The position numbers and the translations under genes were made by a program. A model generated the notes under the pieces. The model made no database searches. It was not told where the DNA came from and saw nothing but the letters and a program-made list of their open reading frames with translations. DNA of 64,000 bases. It comes from Octopus sinensis. Its lineage: Eukaryota. The first letter of the stretch is position 1; the number at the start of each line of letters is the position of its first letter. Below are positions 39,166 to 54,533 of the stretch, piece by piece. The DNA is taken from assembly GCF_006345805.1 (NCBI RefSeq), contig NC_043015.1, positions 14,136,001 to 14,200,000 of the forward strand, read 5' to 3'.

Positions 39166-42100
39166 AACACATACACATCATCATTATCATGATCATCCTT
39201 GTTTCACATCTGGTTGCCCATGCTGGCATGGAATCCAAGTCAGATGTTATATGATTGTTTTGCTCTCCAAGATGTGCCTGAGACTTCATTTTACTTGTAG
39301 CTTACATTTATAATGTGCATTCTTTGGCCAAATGCTCTTTTTTATCACCAACCACTTTACATATTGTATTGTTTACATTTTCAATGTGGCACTAGAGGTG
39401 TTCTCTTTTCCCTAACAACACTAAATAGTTCAATTTATTTTGCTCTGCCTCCATTAATTTATTCAAACACATACATACATACATACATACATACATACAT
39501 ACATACACTCATGCACACGCACACATATGTAAGCATCATCATCATCATTTCCATGCCTGCTTAGGATAGTCTTTTGAGGCAGATGTTCTACGGCCAGATG
39601 TCGTTTCTTATCATTAACACTCATCTGTTTCCAAATAAGGTAATATCTCCTCATGTTTCACAGAATATTGGAAATGAATGACACAGCATGCATGACATTA
39701 ACACTCATTTGCAACTACTATGTGATGTTAAAACAAGGACACACACACACACACACACCTATAAATGGTGGGATTCTTTCAGTTTCCATCTACCATATCT
39801 ATTCACTACTTACTAGTCAATGTTGAGTGGTAGATGCTTCACCAGGGAAAGACTTAGTATTCACAACCATCCATCTGTTACATTTCCTTGTGAATATAAC
39901 GTTTATCTGGCCAGATTGGTAACTGGTCAGGTGGATGGGTGGTTGGTTGATTGGTTTCGTGAAATTAGTGTTGCAAATGTTTGGGTCATGTGCGTTACAG
40001 GATTCTAGAAGTCTTGATCTTTCCTCATTCCTTGTACCATAACCATGACTTCCATGTACACCACAGAAGCTATCACCTGTTGCCTGTCGTATCCATTAAT
40101 ATTGATTTCAAATTTTGGCACAAGGCCAACAATTTCAGAGGAGGGAGTAAGTCAATTACATCAACCCCAGTACTCAATTGCTATTTATTTTATCGACCTT
40201 GAAAGAATGAAAGGCAAAGTGGACCTTGGCAAAAGTTGAACTCAGAATGTGAAGACACACGAAATGCTGCTAAGCATTTCACTCCATGTGCTAACGATTC
40301 TACCAGCTTGTTACCTTCTCTCACATCCATTTAATATCAAGAGCTAAGTAAACAAGGTCATTGTTATTTGCTATCAACATAGTCTGAAAGAAGGCTTCAT
40401 AAAAGCAATCCCTTTGATCATTTACTAGTCCTAATTGTGGTATATATGCAGTGTTAAATGTTGCTGCTGTGTTGTCCAAAATCAGTCTAAGTTTAATTTT
40501 ATCACACATTCCAACTACCACAATTACATTATGTGTGGTTTCTGAACATCACAATCCCCTGCAGTCCCATCCTCTGGTCTCACTAGCTTAAAGAGAATCA
40601 ACTTACTTTCATGCTTGGCACTCTCTCACCAACCGGTATTAATGTTTAAAAAAAAAAAATTATTATCATCATTTTAAAGTCCACTTTGCATGAGTCAGAT
40701 GGAATTTGTTGAGTCAGATTTTCTATGGACAGATTTGCTTCATGGTGCCAACCTTCACTTGTTTCCAAGCAAGGTAATATTTTCCTATATGATGGTGGTG
40801 GCTGTTGCTGCTGCTGCTTATGTGTGTGTTTATAAAGCTGAAAAAACTTCATCTCTTCACAAGTAATAAATACATATGCTCTATTTAGCATATTGAATTT
40901 GCTCTTTTTCATATTTATAAATGCAAATCCACACATTTGCTTATATATAAATATATAACTATAACTGGCAATCTGTCGATTACAACAATCAGGGTTCCAT
41001 TTGATCCAATCAGCAGAACAGTCTGCTTGTGAAATTAACATGTAAGAGGTTACGCAGACATTTGTGCCCTTACCGTAGATCTCAGAGAGATTCAGCATGA
41101 CACAAAGTGTGACAAGGCTGGTCCTTTGAAGTACAGGTACAACTAATTTTTGCCAACTGAGTGGACTGGAGCAATGTGAAATAAAGTGGAGCAACATAAT
41201 ATAAAGTAACTTGCTCAAGGACACAATGCATCAACAGGAATTGAACACATGATGCTACAATTATGAGCCAAATATCTTAACCACTAAACCATGCGCTTTC
41301 ACTCATACACACATACACACACACATATATTGTTGTCTAACAGTCAGATAAAATAGGCACTCAAATGTTTGACATTAGAATGGATATATTAATCAAAGTA
41401 AACAGTATTATAGACCCATGGTCCATTTCAACCTACCTTACCAATCAGTTTCACACTGGATATAGGATAACAGGATGGTTATCCAAATATATGTGTTCTT
41501 CAGAGACTTTTCTGTCTCTGACTCAGGTATGTGCCTACCTTTTTTTTCCACTTCCATTTGAATATTATGTATGTAGGCATCCTTCAACTTCATTCAATTG
41601 ATTCCAAATATCCAATTGTTAGATGAGAGATTGGTAAGTGAGTGGCTAATTCTCATAGAAATAATCTTATAAGATGAGCGTTTATAAGATTACATTCTCA
41701 TTATTTAGGATCAGTACATTTTGCCTGGATTTCTGAGATGAGGAATTATCATTAATATAATGCATTGATGTATTTGGATTAGTGTCATCTTGTTTGATTG
41801 TCAGTCATGTTTCAATTGCTGTATTCACCAGCTTTCTTTGTGTAACTGTCATATTTGACAACATTCTCAGAATTCGAACTGTACCCTTTATTAAACCTAC
41901 AGTGGTTGTAGGAAGAGCTTTAATTGTGAAAGAACATTGAAACATTTTCTTTCAATATATTATCAATGTATTACCATAAAATAAATTGTTAAAACAATTT
42001 ATATTTAAAGCTTCTAATTTTCTTTACCCAACCACCTTACAGAAAAATGGGATAGGAAATCATCATCATCATCATTTAACGTCCATTTTCCATGCTGGCA

Positions 42101-42639
42101 TGGGTTGTATGGTTTGACAGAAGTTGACCAGCTGAAGGGCTGTTCAGGCTCCATGTCTGTTTTGGCATGATTTCTAAGGTTGGATGCCCTTTCTAAAACC
42201 AGCCACTTTACAGAATGTACTGGGTGCTTTTGCACACCCCTAATATGTCTACAAGATTAGGGATGCTCAACTGGTGAGGATTGCAAGAGACGAGCCTACA
42301 TGCAAGGGCAAATATGCCTTTACTTAGCTTGATGTATCTTTTCAAGCACAGCAAACTGCTAGGAGTTTTGGTCCCTTGTCATCCCCTCTGTGAGTCCCAA
42401 CATTTGTGGATCCTTTCTCACTACTTTGTCCAGCGTCTTCCTGGGTCTACCCCTTCCACATGTTCCCTCTACAATTAGAGATTGGCACATCTTAATGCAA
42501 CTGTCCTCATTCCTTTGCATTACATGGCCATACCAGCACAGTCTTCTCTCTTGTACACAACATCTGATGCTACGAATTAATGGCCAAGTGTTAAGTGTTA
42601 TAGATTTGCTGATATGGAAGCAGAACCTGGAACTGTAGG

Positions 42640-43200
42640 ATCTGAAACTGAAGTAAATTTAGAAAAACAAACGTTTTAGTAAGAAAGAAGACAGAAACTT
42701 AATATCATCAAGGAAATGACCATGCCCTCCTATATGCAGAGGAGGTGTCAGTAGAAAACCCATAATATAAGCCCAGTGTAAACAATGGATACACAACAGT
42801 TGCAGTGACATCACAGATAGGTGAGCAGAGAAGTTAGATTTTTTTTATGCAACTGGTACACTGCAGCAAAACACAATCCAGAGTACAAAAAGGTTGGGCA
42901 AAGTTTGAAGAACCCCTTCTGATATAAAAAGGCTTCTTCTTCAAACTGAGGGGCAAATTATGATACGTGTGTGATGCATATCACTGAGATGTAGGCTTTG
43001 ACTGCTGATAATCTGTGAAAACCATATAAAAAGAAATTGTATGTTTCATTGAATGTCCCATGTTAGTGTTTGTGAATGAAAGAGTACTTATGAACTGTGT
43101 CCTTATTCAAAGTTTTTAGTGTTTGCAGGCACTATTCAAAAGACTTCCCAATACACTTCCACCAAGTTACAAAGTAATAATGTGCAAAAACATGATTGAT
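42640..43200 (+). mobile_element. Decayed RTE-type LINE fragment
   Basis: RVQKGWAKFEE...KGF..KLRGKL resembles RTE RIRIGWAKFRELL..KGRLY; heavily mutated. Confidence 0.5.
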
Positions 43201-44180
43201 AGGTTTTACATAGTGTGTTTGCAGGACAACTAAACAATTTCATTAGTAACATATTCAGAGATAGTTTTATGTATCTTCAATGGTACAAACTTTATGAAAA
43301 GACTCAACATGTTCAAATTGTTTTGGGTTAGAACTATATACAGCTCCACCAGAAGATACATTTAAAGCAATCCAAACCCTACTTTATAAAGTATTACTCT
43401 GCAGCTGAAAAATCCAAGAAGTGACTATGTGCAAGGAAAAAACATATAAACTTATCTAAAATATGAATCAGGTATGGGCAATCATTTTCAAGAAGCATGC
43501 CACATGAAACATGGTTCATCATCAAGTGGAACTGCACTGTTAAAAGTATTCAGTTCATATTTTAATGCACCTTATTTTTCTCATAAAGTAAGGCATATCA
43601 TTCAGAAAGTTGCACAGGCCACAGTTTATCCATGACTATTATCATCACCATGTCTTTCAATTGCTAATTCTTCATCTATGGTCGCAAGTCCTATAGACAA
43701 TTACAGTGCCAGTCAAATTGACAGGTTCCCCTGACAATGATTATTAAAAGTGTAGTAATTTACTCTGGGAAGTGGGAAAAAACCCTAAGTTGAAGTATTT
43801 TAGGCCTTGCTTTCTATTCCATACTTCCATCGTACATTTCAATGATTGTAACATTTCCACTCTTTTCCGGGCTTCAGGATTTCGCCATGACCCTGGCAGG
43901 ATGACTAACAGGTGATATACCTTGCCAAAGAGTAACTCATGATTTTGCCCAGGACTTCTTATGAAGTATGACAGCTAACCTGCATGTCTACAGGCTACTG
44001 CCCTAACTGCAAACTGGTGATCCGATGGATGGTGGTTATCATCACAGCACCATGAGTGCTGCAAACCCTGTTATCCATAGCTTTTACCTCCTTCCCCTTC
44101 TCACTATTTTCTCATAATCATTCACCACCACCCCACAGTGATGTATTATTATTCTTGTCTCATTAACAGACCATATAAAC

Positions 44181-44539
44181 CAGTGGTTTTCAATCAGGGT
44201 TCACATAGCCACTGCAGGTCCATATAAAATTTTAGGGGGTCCACACAAGAAAATAGTAAACTAGGGATCCACAATAGTATTTTAAGGACCCCTGAAAAAT
44301 TTTTGTTTTAGATATATGCATTGGCATGTATTGCAAAAAACGGCTGGGTTTCTTTCTCTAACATTTTACATAGTTCAACTAACAAAAGTTAATTTGTGAT
44401 AAACAAAATAGGAATTTGGAAAGAAGTTTCTATAAAACTAGTTTTTATACATGAAATGGCTATGGAGTGGGAAGGGGTCAACCAGAATACAATAGTAATC
44501 ATTGAGGTCCATAGATAAAAAAATGGTTGAGAATCCCTG
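44181..44539. mobile_element. hAT-type MITE with perfect 8-bp TSD
   Basis: Termini CAGTGGTTTTCAA and TTGAGAATCCCTG. ATATAAAC lies on both sides (44173-44180 and 44540-44547). Confidence 0.88.
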
Positions 44540-45852
44540 ATATAAACAATCATAAGAATGACTGTTTACACCAGATAAACTTGGACCCCTTATATACACA
44601 CTAGTTATCTGTAACATCCCCCTTCAAGATTTTTCTCATGCCCTTCTTACACTGCCCCAACATATATTCATTCATCTTGCCCATCAAACCTTATGTATTT
44701 TCATCATTTGAGCACAACAAATGGATCAAAATTACGACACCATATTAACAGTACTTCATGCGTACCATTAATAATTATGTAACTACTCTGCATGGCTTCA
44801 GACTCTATAATAATTTTATAATCACTTAAGTCTCTCTTTCTCTCAATTTCTTTTTAATGATCTTTTTCACTTTATAATCACTTAATTCTTTTTGTTTATC
44901 TCTGTCTCTCTGTCTGTTTCTCTCTTTCTCTCTCCTATGTTTTTTCCCTCATTTTTTTTTTACAGTTTATTTTATAACTATAAGCCTTACATTGGAGGAC
45001 CATGTGGTACATGTGATAACTATGACCACCATTGCAATCATACATCAATACGTTACTACTTCTATTAGAATAAGTATAGTCAACATTCATTTGTTTCTAC
45101 CCAGAGTGTTCTCAAAGCTCTGTAAAACTATGTGTTTTCAGTTTATTTCCTCTTTCTACTCTTTTACCATACTCATAGTTACCTCTAATACAGATACTAA
45201 TCAACTGTCTCTTGGTCACCAAGTGATTAAGATTTTTCCCCTCTCCCGGTGAACTTAATAAACCTCATACTGTTTACCTACTACTCTGATGGGGACCACT
45301 CAACATACAATCATACTGCAACTGGGCTCAACTTCTAAGCAGAACGTTACTCTAATCAGCTCTCTCCACATAAGTTCTATAACATTAGTGTTCATAGGCA
45401 CAAGTGTGGTTGTGTGGTAATAAGCTTGCTTCCTAACCACATGGTTCTGGGTTCAGTCCCATTGCATTGCAGCTTGAGCAAGTGTCTTTTTCTACAGCCT
45501 CAGATCAACCAAAGCCTTCTGAATGGATTTGGTAGATGGAAATTGAAAGAAGCCTATCATATGTGTGCGTGTGTGTACATGCATACATGTATATATCTAC
45601 TATATATTTGTGAAAAATGTTGTCTCGCAAGCATTTGTGCAGGCAAAAGTGTTAGTAAATGTGGTCTGATTGACCTGAAAATTTGTACACCTATGTTAAA
45701 AACGCTGAGAAATTTGCATGGCAACTTTGAGTTTGCTTAGTTGGGGCAAAATTCCTCATCTTTAAAATGTGGCTCGAGTTGACCCAAATGAAATCGGGTT
45801 ATAATACTAGTATATATATGTATATATATGTATATATATGTATATATATATA

Positions 45853-45891
<39 letters not shown>

Positions 45892-47541
45892 GTGAAATAG
45901 AAAGATGAATAATCTTGTTGCAGATTAATCAAAAGTTTATATATATATATACATATATATCAGTGTGTTTGAGTTGTGTCTGTGTTTGTCCCCCACTACT
46001 GCTTGGTAACCAGTGTTGGTGTGTTTATGTTCTCATAAGTTAGCGGTTCAGCAAAAGAGACTGATGAAATAAGTACCAGGCTTAGCAAAACAATTAAGTA
46101 CTGGAGTGCATTCAACTAAAAATTCTTCAAGGCTGTTCCCCAACATACCCACAGTCCAATGACTGTAACAAGTAAAAGATAAAAGATAGGCTGACCTTAC
46201 TGAGTTTGTTTACATATGCTCAAACCACTTCCAGCTTCATATTTCAGTAATAATATGGACCATCCATCTGTTCCTCCACCCAAAACCCATCCATCGGGCA
46301 ACTTGTTATGCCTGATATCTCAGACAAGCATGGGTTGTTCTATCTCTACTCAGTTCTTACTGCATCAATAAGAAGCAAGTTTTATTTCAATAACAAACTT
46401 GATATAATACCCCAATTATTATTTGCTCAACACCCTTTAAGACTCCCAGTTTTGATGAATAAAATATAAATATGCTGAAATGAAATTTATGCATTCTTAA
46501 TTAACATATAATATTAGCTTTCCTTTGAAGAACAAACAAATCAGTAGCACTTCATGTTTTATCTCAGGAATTTATATCAATTTTTAATATTTCCCCATGT
46601 TCTTAATATTCAATTGTAGTTCACTTCAAAAACTACTTGAATTCTTAAGTTATCCTCAATCCAGATAGTTTCTGTTTTGATTTTGTTTTTGCTTTTTTTC
46701 CAAGGGTTTTTGGCATGGACTCTTCTTTGTGAAGTTTGAACTTCGTATGTAAAGTTAGAGCAGGTTGTTGTCTTCTCTTGGTCATACATTGGTAGATAGA
46801 AATAATCTGTGAATTGTACAGTGATAAAGACTATGAATAAATTGTTATTCTGTTCTGTAGCATAGATACACAGAACACTTTATTGAACAGGGTCCTCTTT
46901 GTTTTTTTAACTAAGACTACTTGGTATTCAAATATACTGAAATGTAAGGTATCTGTATCTTTTATCTTTTACTTGTTTCAGTCATTAGACTGCGACCACG
47001 CTGGGGCACCACCTTGAGGAATTTTTAGGCAAATGAATTGATCTCAGTACTTTTTTTTTTAAGCCTGGTCTCTTTTTCTGAACTGCTAAGTAATGGGGAT
47101 GTAAATGTACCAACACTGGTTTTCAACCAGTGGTAGGGAACAGACACAAAGATACACACATGCATTTTCAATACGCATACAGTTTAGCTTTCCTCTGAAG
47201 AATAAACAAATTAGATAAACATTTCATGTTTTATCTCTCCATGGTTAGAATCAATCTGAAATCAATGTAATCTCTAGTCTTCTTGGAATTTCATTGCAAA
47301 AACAATACCTTCTTTCTATTCACAGAGAGATTAATTATCATGCCTCAAGCAGTAAACAGTCTGTCTACCAAGCTTAAAAAATTTCCACTTCCCTGTAAAT
47401 CTTTATTCTAAATGATTTGACTTTGTTGTGCTTGTAGATCTTATGTCTCTACCATTTCTTCATATTTTTTTACTTTTATTAATAAAATGCATTCTTCTCT
47501 ATGATTATAATGACCATGATTTTTTTTGATTTTTTTTCCAG

Positions 47542-47757
47542 TGCATCTGTTTAATTCATTAAGCTGGTTAATTCAATTTCGGAGGCAAAATGAACACATT
47601 TCGAACATCATCATCTTATATTGAAGATTATAATCCACCATTGGATGCAGAGGACATGGAGTTTATGATGAATCCAAATGACTACATTCCGATCCCTAAC
47701 CAAGACAATGTAGGAACTGTATATATCAGAATCTCTCTTCCGGAATTAAATGTCCAG
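47542..47757 (+). CDS. SHANK: Shank/ProSAP orthologue, first coding exon (48 nt 5'UTR 47542-47589, CDS 47590-47757, 56 aa)
   Basis: Polypyrimidine tract plus CAG acceptor ends at 47541. An in-frame TAA lies upstream of the ATG at 47590. Translation ends ...GTVYIRISLPELNVQ, then a CAG|GTAAAT donor at 47758. Matches the SHANK SPN strand VVVRVGIPDLQQT. Confidence 0.9.
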
Positions 47758-48029
47758 GTAAATATTTTTTCATAATTTAGTGAGCGTCAAAGAGAAACCT
47801 CATCCCATTTGATTGTCTTCCAATACCACACACCATATGAGTACGTCTTTGAACACTATATTCCATGTGATATATATGTATTCTAATACTGTTAACTTTA
47901 TGAAGTATTTCTACCAATACTATGCATCAAAAGATATATGTTTACCAACACTAAATGCCATGTGATATCCATGTAGCAATATTTTGCTCATATATATCAT
48001 CTGCTTAACAATACAGTGTACCATGTAAT

Positions 48030-48420
48030 TACTACTCTTTTACTTGTTTCAGTCATTTGACTGTGGCCATGCTGGAGCATCGCCTTTAGTCGAGCAAATC
48101 GACCCCAGGACTTATTCTTTGCAAGCCTAGCACTTATTTTATTGGTCTCTTTTGCGGTTACGGGGACGTAAACACACCACCATCAGTTGTCAAGCGATGT
48201 TGGGGGACAAACACAAACACATAAACACACACATACACACATATATATATATATATATATACAACAGGCTTCTTTCAGTTTCCGTCTACCAAATCCACTC
48301 ACAAGGCTTTGGTCGACCCAAGGCTATAGTAGAAGACAATTGCCCAAGGTGCCACGCAGTGGGAATGAACCCAGAACCATGTGGTTGGTAAGCAAGCTAC
48401 TTACCACACAGCCACTTCTG
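48030..48420 (-). mobile_element. SINE, same family, 270 nt into Shank coding intron 1
   Basis: Colinear with the copies at 14165 and 21950. Confidence 0.8.
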
Positions 48421-51400
48421 CGCCTAGTACTATGTAATTTTTTTATCATTTTACACTACCTGCCCTCTATATGTTTGTTATCTATTGCCCTAGACAACAC
48501 TTGAAATCTCTACCAACACTACATGTCACTTTATTAGTAAATCTGAAACCATTCAACAACACACTCCAACATTTGACCCAGAATGAGACGACTGGGCTCA
48601 GCTGTATGGGTGCTGGTGATTTGGCATGGCTAAGTGAGCACAGAACCTGTTTTGGTAACAGCTCTTTTTAAACACTGGAGACAAACAGACATACATGCAC
48701 ATGCATGCAGAAATATACATATACAAAAAGAAAGGGGGGGGGAGTGACATTACAATTTATCAAGTGGACACGTCTGACACAAACACTTTCCTTCTGCTCA
48801 TACACATCAAGATAAATATGCTCACAAACACCTAGTATATTCTGTAAAGATGTTGGTGTTAGGAAGGGCATCCAGCCATTAGAAACCATGCCAAAACAGA
48901 CATGGAGCCTGAATAGCTCTTCAGCTGGTCAGCTTCTGTCAAACCGTCCAGCCCATGCTGACATGGAAAACAGACGTTAAATGATGATGATGATACATAA
49001 ACCGAAAAAGATAGAGGTGGGTGAGAGAAACATTAAAATGTCTGATGACAAATAAGTCAATATCAAAACAGCAATGTCAAATAGGCAGCACCAAAATGGA
49101 TGCATCATTTTTCTACCCTTTGTACTGCCTGTACACAGGCCTCTGCTTCTTAAAGCTAGTTGATGTGATCTCATGCCCCCTACTGTCAGGCATTCCCAAC
49201 TCACTCATCTCTCCTCTTCCTGTCACTTATATTGTTCACTGATCCAGGTCTCACACTAGTCCCTATGCCGACCCACCCCCACCCTTCCAGAATGTTAATC
49301 CTCTGCCCCCACCCCATGTTTTCCCTCCAGCTGTTGACTTGCAGCTGTCAAGAGAGGAACATTAACCATGTCAAACAAACTAGTTAGTCTCAAAGCACCT
49401 TCAAGGAGGCACTCCTGACTTACACTTTTTCCACCTCTTGTCATCCATATTATGTTCTCATCTTGCAATACAAACTATGGTTCATCCTTTCTTCCCAGAA
49501 GGTCAGCTCTCTAGTAGCACCTCTACACTCATACTTTTCCTTCCACTGTCAATAGGAATGTTCACTGAATCGGTCTCGCTGCTGATCGTAGGGGGCCTGT
49601 GAAAGCTATGTTTGGTCAGAGGAAGTAAGAGCATAGACTATTTCTTCAAAACAAAGTTGACCCTGGCAAGAGTTGGAGTCAACTTTGTCTTTCATCCTTT
49701 TTTGGAGAGTGAGGAGGTGGTCAATAAAATAAAGTACCAGTCAAATACTAGGGTCAATTGTAACCCCACCCTCCCTTCAAAAATTGCTGACCTTTGTCTG
49801 AATTAGAAACATTGCATCGTCATTGTTGTTTGGCCAGAAATTTGGGGGAAGGGGAACTGTAAATTCTTCTAGCACCTGTTCTTGATTGATATTTTATTGA
49901 CCCTCGGAAGAATAAAAGATCAAGTTGACTTTCATGGTATTTTAACTCAGAATGTAAAGACTCAAAACAAATGCTGTGGTGAGTTCTCTATACATACTCA
50001 GTGAATTACTATTGATTGTCTTCATTTGCAAAATCAATATGGTGCCATATTTTGGGTGGAATGATATCAGTACATTTATGTACATGCATTGAAAAACAAT
50101 GGATATCCAAAAAGAAACTAAATTCTTTTAATTACATAATACAATGATGTTGAAACTGCCCAATTGTTTAGTTTTGTTTTCCCATTTGACTATTTTTTTC
50201 TTTTGGTTTATTTCAATTTTATGATATAGCCATCTAAGAATGTAGTTTTAAATCACATGTCCATAAAAGGATTGCTTCACCTGCTCACCTATCTTAGTTC
50301 TTCTGTCTTTGCTCTCTCTCTCTCTTTCTTTCTCTACTGTTCAACTTCTCAGACATACTACCTTGTAGTATTCCTTACACTCTGTAAAGTAGTTGGTTAT
50401 AAAAAGAGCATCCAATTTAGAAACCAAGCCAAAAGTAAATTGTACAAGTGAGACAGTCCTTTAGCTCATGTAGGAGGGCAGTGACTCCAAACAAAAACTG
50501 ATTCAAATCATGATGACATGTCCACCCTACACCAGCAAGGAAAGTCGATGTAAATTTATCATGATGACTTGATATACTTTTAGTTATCTAAGTTTGTATC
50601 TTTTGACTTTTTGAATACTCAAAGCTGCCAGAGATGAGGAAACACCTTATAGTGGTGTACTCACTATATGGCTTTTATCAATTATTCATTTATGGCTTTT
50701 ATCAATTTCAATTTAAAATTGCCTTAATTTACTGATAAGTATTATCATATTTTATTACAAACAAATTCTTTTATTTCAGTTTTTATTACTACTAAATGCT
50801 CAAAACTTAATCTGTCCTTTGATTATGTTTGGACGGCTACCTTTGTTAATCCAGCTTTCATTGTTCAAAGATATAAGTACATTCAACATTGTTTTAAAAA
50901 TTAGCACATCAAAATTGTTCAGTTTGTAATGTAAATGTGAATTGCTGAATCTTAAAGTTCATCTTATTTGGCTATTGTATATGAACTCAAAAAATTTAAA
51001 TGCACATTCACTTGTGCCCTTTGCTTACATTTTGTGATAAATTTTTATAATGATATATGTGTGTTCCAGACAATACTCTTTGTTGACCTCTTACAATGAC
51101 TACTACTGTTCCAGCTAGCAAATATCATCTTTGCTAGTTATTAAATAAATATTATTGCTAAGTTTATCTTTAGTTTTAGTATTTAATAGAAGAGAGATAT
51201 TTATTGTTCACTGTATGAAGTTGAAGATCAAAAATTCTTCTTTGCCTTCTCAGGAAATTTGTCTTGGAATTTTACTAGAGATAATTTAATAAACACAATA
51301 AAAGTTTTGTTGTTATAACCTGAAATTCGTATAGCCTGTTCCTTTTACCAAGAGGTACCTGACCTTTTCAAACACTTTAGCTTAACACTCATTTGTTTAC

Positions 51401-54400
51401 AAAGTTTAAGGGACAAAAATGATATTTCCGTTTTTTTTTCTTTTTTGTATTTATTACCTTGTTTGTCTTTCATAGGGGACTATTTTTAATGCTAACAAGA
51501 AATTCTAGTTCTAGCATTTTTAGTGAGATGTGCTACTAGTCAAACAGATTTTCCTGACTGCTTTCGTCTTCTTTAAACAATATTTCAATGAAACAACATT
51601 TAGCTAATGTTTCCCAGTATTTTATAAACTTGTACTCGTTTGGCAAGTGACTAAATCTGATATTGTATTTTGAAACTGAAACTATTGCATGAGGGAAGAA
51701 TCATAACAGTCACCTAAAACACTCACATAATCTGCTTCTTCACGTTTGTCTTATTTTGCAATGGTATATACAAGAAAGTATTTAAAAATATTATGATACA
51801 TCTCCAATCTTGTCAATTACACTGTGCCTGTTGAAAGTCAGTTGACCAGTTCTTTCCTTGTTCTTTTCTCAATTTTCCATTTATCTTTTTTTTTTCCCCT
51901 TTTGTTTTAATATGTTTCAGTTTCTTAATTACTTATCAAAGTGCTTGATCACTTTACATGTCATCATCATTATCATCATCATCATCATTTAATGTCCATT
52001 TTCCACACTGGCATGGGTTTGATGGTTTGACAGGATCCAACAAGCTGCAGACTACATCAAGCTCCTATGTCGGCTTTGGCATAGTTTCTGCAGCTGGCAG
52101 CCCTTCCTGATGTCAACCACTTGACGGTGTGTACTAAGTGCATTTTTCATGCCATTAGCTCAAGTGAGGTTGCCAAATAACTTGCAAAGCAAGGGAAGAA
52201 CAGGCAAAAGGAAGCTTTAAACCAGGTGTTGAGAGACTAAAGTATGACAGAGAGGCAAACATGGGTGTCTTGCTATAGATGAGATACCAGACTACCTCAC
52301 ATTACATAAGGATGGGTAGGAGCAACTAATTAGAAGATAAAGATGATGGTAATGAGGTGTCTGGGAAAATTCTCAAGGTACAAGAAAGTAAGTATAGGAG
52401 AGGATATAGACAGGATCGGGGACAGGGTGGTTAATTTCATAAGACTTTGAGGGGAAAATAACAAATGGTTATAGATGGGGGTAGAAGTGAATGTAGTTAA
52501 TAATGAACAAGAGTGGCAAATGTCATTATGGTTGTAGGGGGTAAAGCAAGAGAGAAGTGATTCAAGAAGGTGAACAGATCAGAAAATAGGGGGATGATGT
52601 GCAAGGTGTAGGAATGAGGGATGGATATAATGTACAGTGACTGAGATGGAGATTGGAGGTACATAAGGTTGGCAATTAATGAGATGGGATACCAATAGTA
52701 TCCTTCATTAATCAATATCCTTTGATTCATATCCACTCTAGCTGAGTTTTGCGATGCTTATGAGGTTTATAATTTTAGTGGGAACAACATAGAAAGCATT
52801 GGGAATGATAGAAGATATGAGGTGTTGGAAATGAGATATGGCAGCCCTGAGCTGTAGCTCAGAGGAGAGGGAGACATAACTAAAGTCACAAAAGCAGTGT
52901 GAATGGTGAAAATAGTGTGAGGAAAAAGGAGAATAGGAGATGGATGTTAAATGGAAGTAGTTTCAGGGAGAGAAAGATATAAACTGGTAGTACAAACAAA
53001 AGAGATGGAATCTGAGCTGATTCTGCTATCAAGTGACTATGCCAGCTGAAAAGTGCCATAGTTAGAAGAATGATGGAAGGACTAGGTGTTAGGAGGATGT
53101 GATGTGAGGAATGCTTAATAGATCAGATTGGATACAAGGTCATGGCCCAGCATATAAAGGTATAAGCAAAATGTTTTTAACTCCTCGTTTTTGCTATGAT
53201 TGTTGGGTCTTCTTGAGCACAGGGAATCACCACTCATCTTGGTGCCTTGTCATATTGGTTAAGTACCTAACAATACAAAGTCTGAAATAATAAAAGGGTT
53301 GAAATGTTAACTTAGCTGAATGCTATCCAGCATAATCATTTAGTAAATAATATACTAGAGATTTATAATAGTGCATGGACTTAATGATATTGATCGCTTA
53401 TTAGCATTTCAACCTGCTGGAATCAATAGGCTAGATACATGTACTATACTGAGGTAATTAATGAAATCAGGGTAATAGCCATTCTCTATTTCATATAGAA
53501 ATCAATCAAGCTATATTCATAGAACTGCTATTGTTTAGCTCCAGCTCATCCCTGACAGAGCCAATCTATGATCAAAAACATTCCAGTTGTAACAATCCCA
53601 TATTTTTCTACAAAAACTCCTTCATTAATCAATATCCTTTGTCTCATCTCCACCCTAGCTGATCCTTGTGATGATCATGAAGTTTATAATTCCAGTGGGA
53701 ACATGTTTTTCCTTCATTGGTAACTCTCCTTAACTCATTATTTTCATGCCCTATGTTCAGCTTAACTTTACTGCTCCTGTTTCACCGTCGGTTTAACTGC
53801 ATACACATTTGGTGTGTGTGTGTGTACTTGATTATTCTTACCCTTATTCTTACCTCTCTTTTGAATGCAAGTAGCTATGCTGTTCCTCTATAAGAACCTG
53901 CTCTGTTCCCCACCTTATCGCATACTCATCCCATAGCATAAAGCTGACCACTTCTCCCTCAGGGCCTGTAGCCTTGCAAGTTGCATGCAATCTTGATAGT
54001 GCTGGTGGCACAAAAAAAAAAACCCAGCAAATACACACTGTAAACTAGCTGACATGTGGAAGAACATCCAACTGTAGAAACCATGCCAAAGCAGACACTG
54101 GAGTGCAATACTTTCCTTGGACCCATTGGATTTTGTGAAACCATTCAGCCCATACCAGCAAGGGACATGAACTTTAAATGATGATGATGAACATTTCATC
54201 ATGTTGAACTGTTAATCTCTACACATTTTTTCTCTCCTTTTTTTTTTTGTTCTCTTTCCATTTTTTCCTCTCAATCCTCTCTGTTGAAGTGTGTAGACTC
54301 AAAATGTCAAAAACTTTTCCATTTTTCCCAAGCGTCAAACTAATACACCAGCCTGTTGTTCCCTCACCTGTCTTCATCTTTCGCTTTCTGTAATTTTGAA

Positions 54401-54453
54401 CTATACAGCATCATCATCATCAACATCAACATCCTCCTTCTATGCTAGCATGA

Positions 54454-54454
<1 letters not shown>

Positions 54455-54528
<74 letters not shown>
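54455..54528. repeat. (TA)n-(GA)n compound microsatellite
   Basis: Direct inspection. Confidence 0.95.

Positions 54529-54533
<5 letters not shown>

Noticed and set aside
54280-54330. CTGTTGAAG...CTCAAAATGTC, a hammerhead-like spacing
   Set aside because: Core positions are broken (no CUGANGA, no GAAAC); at most a dead relic.
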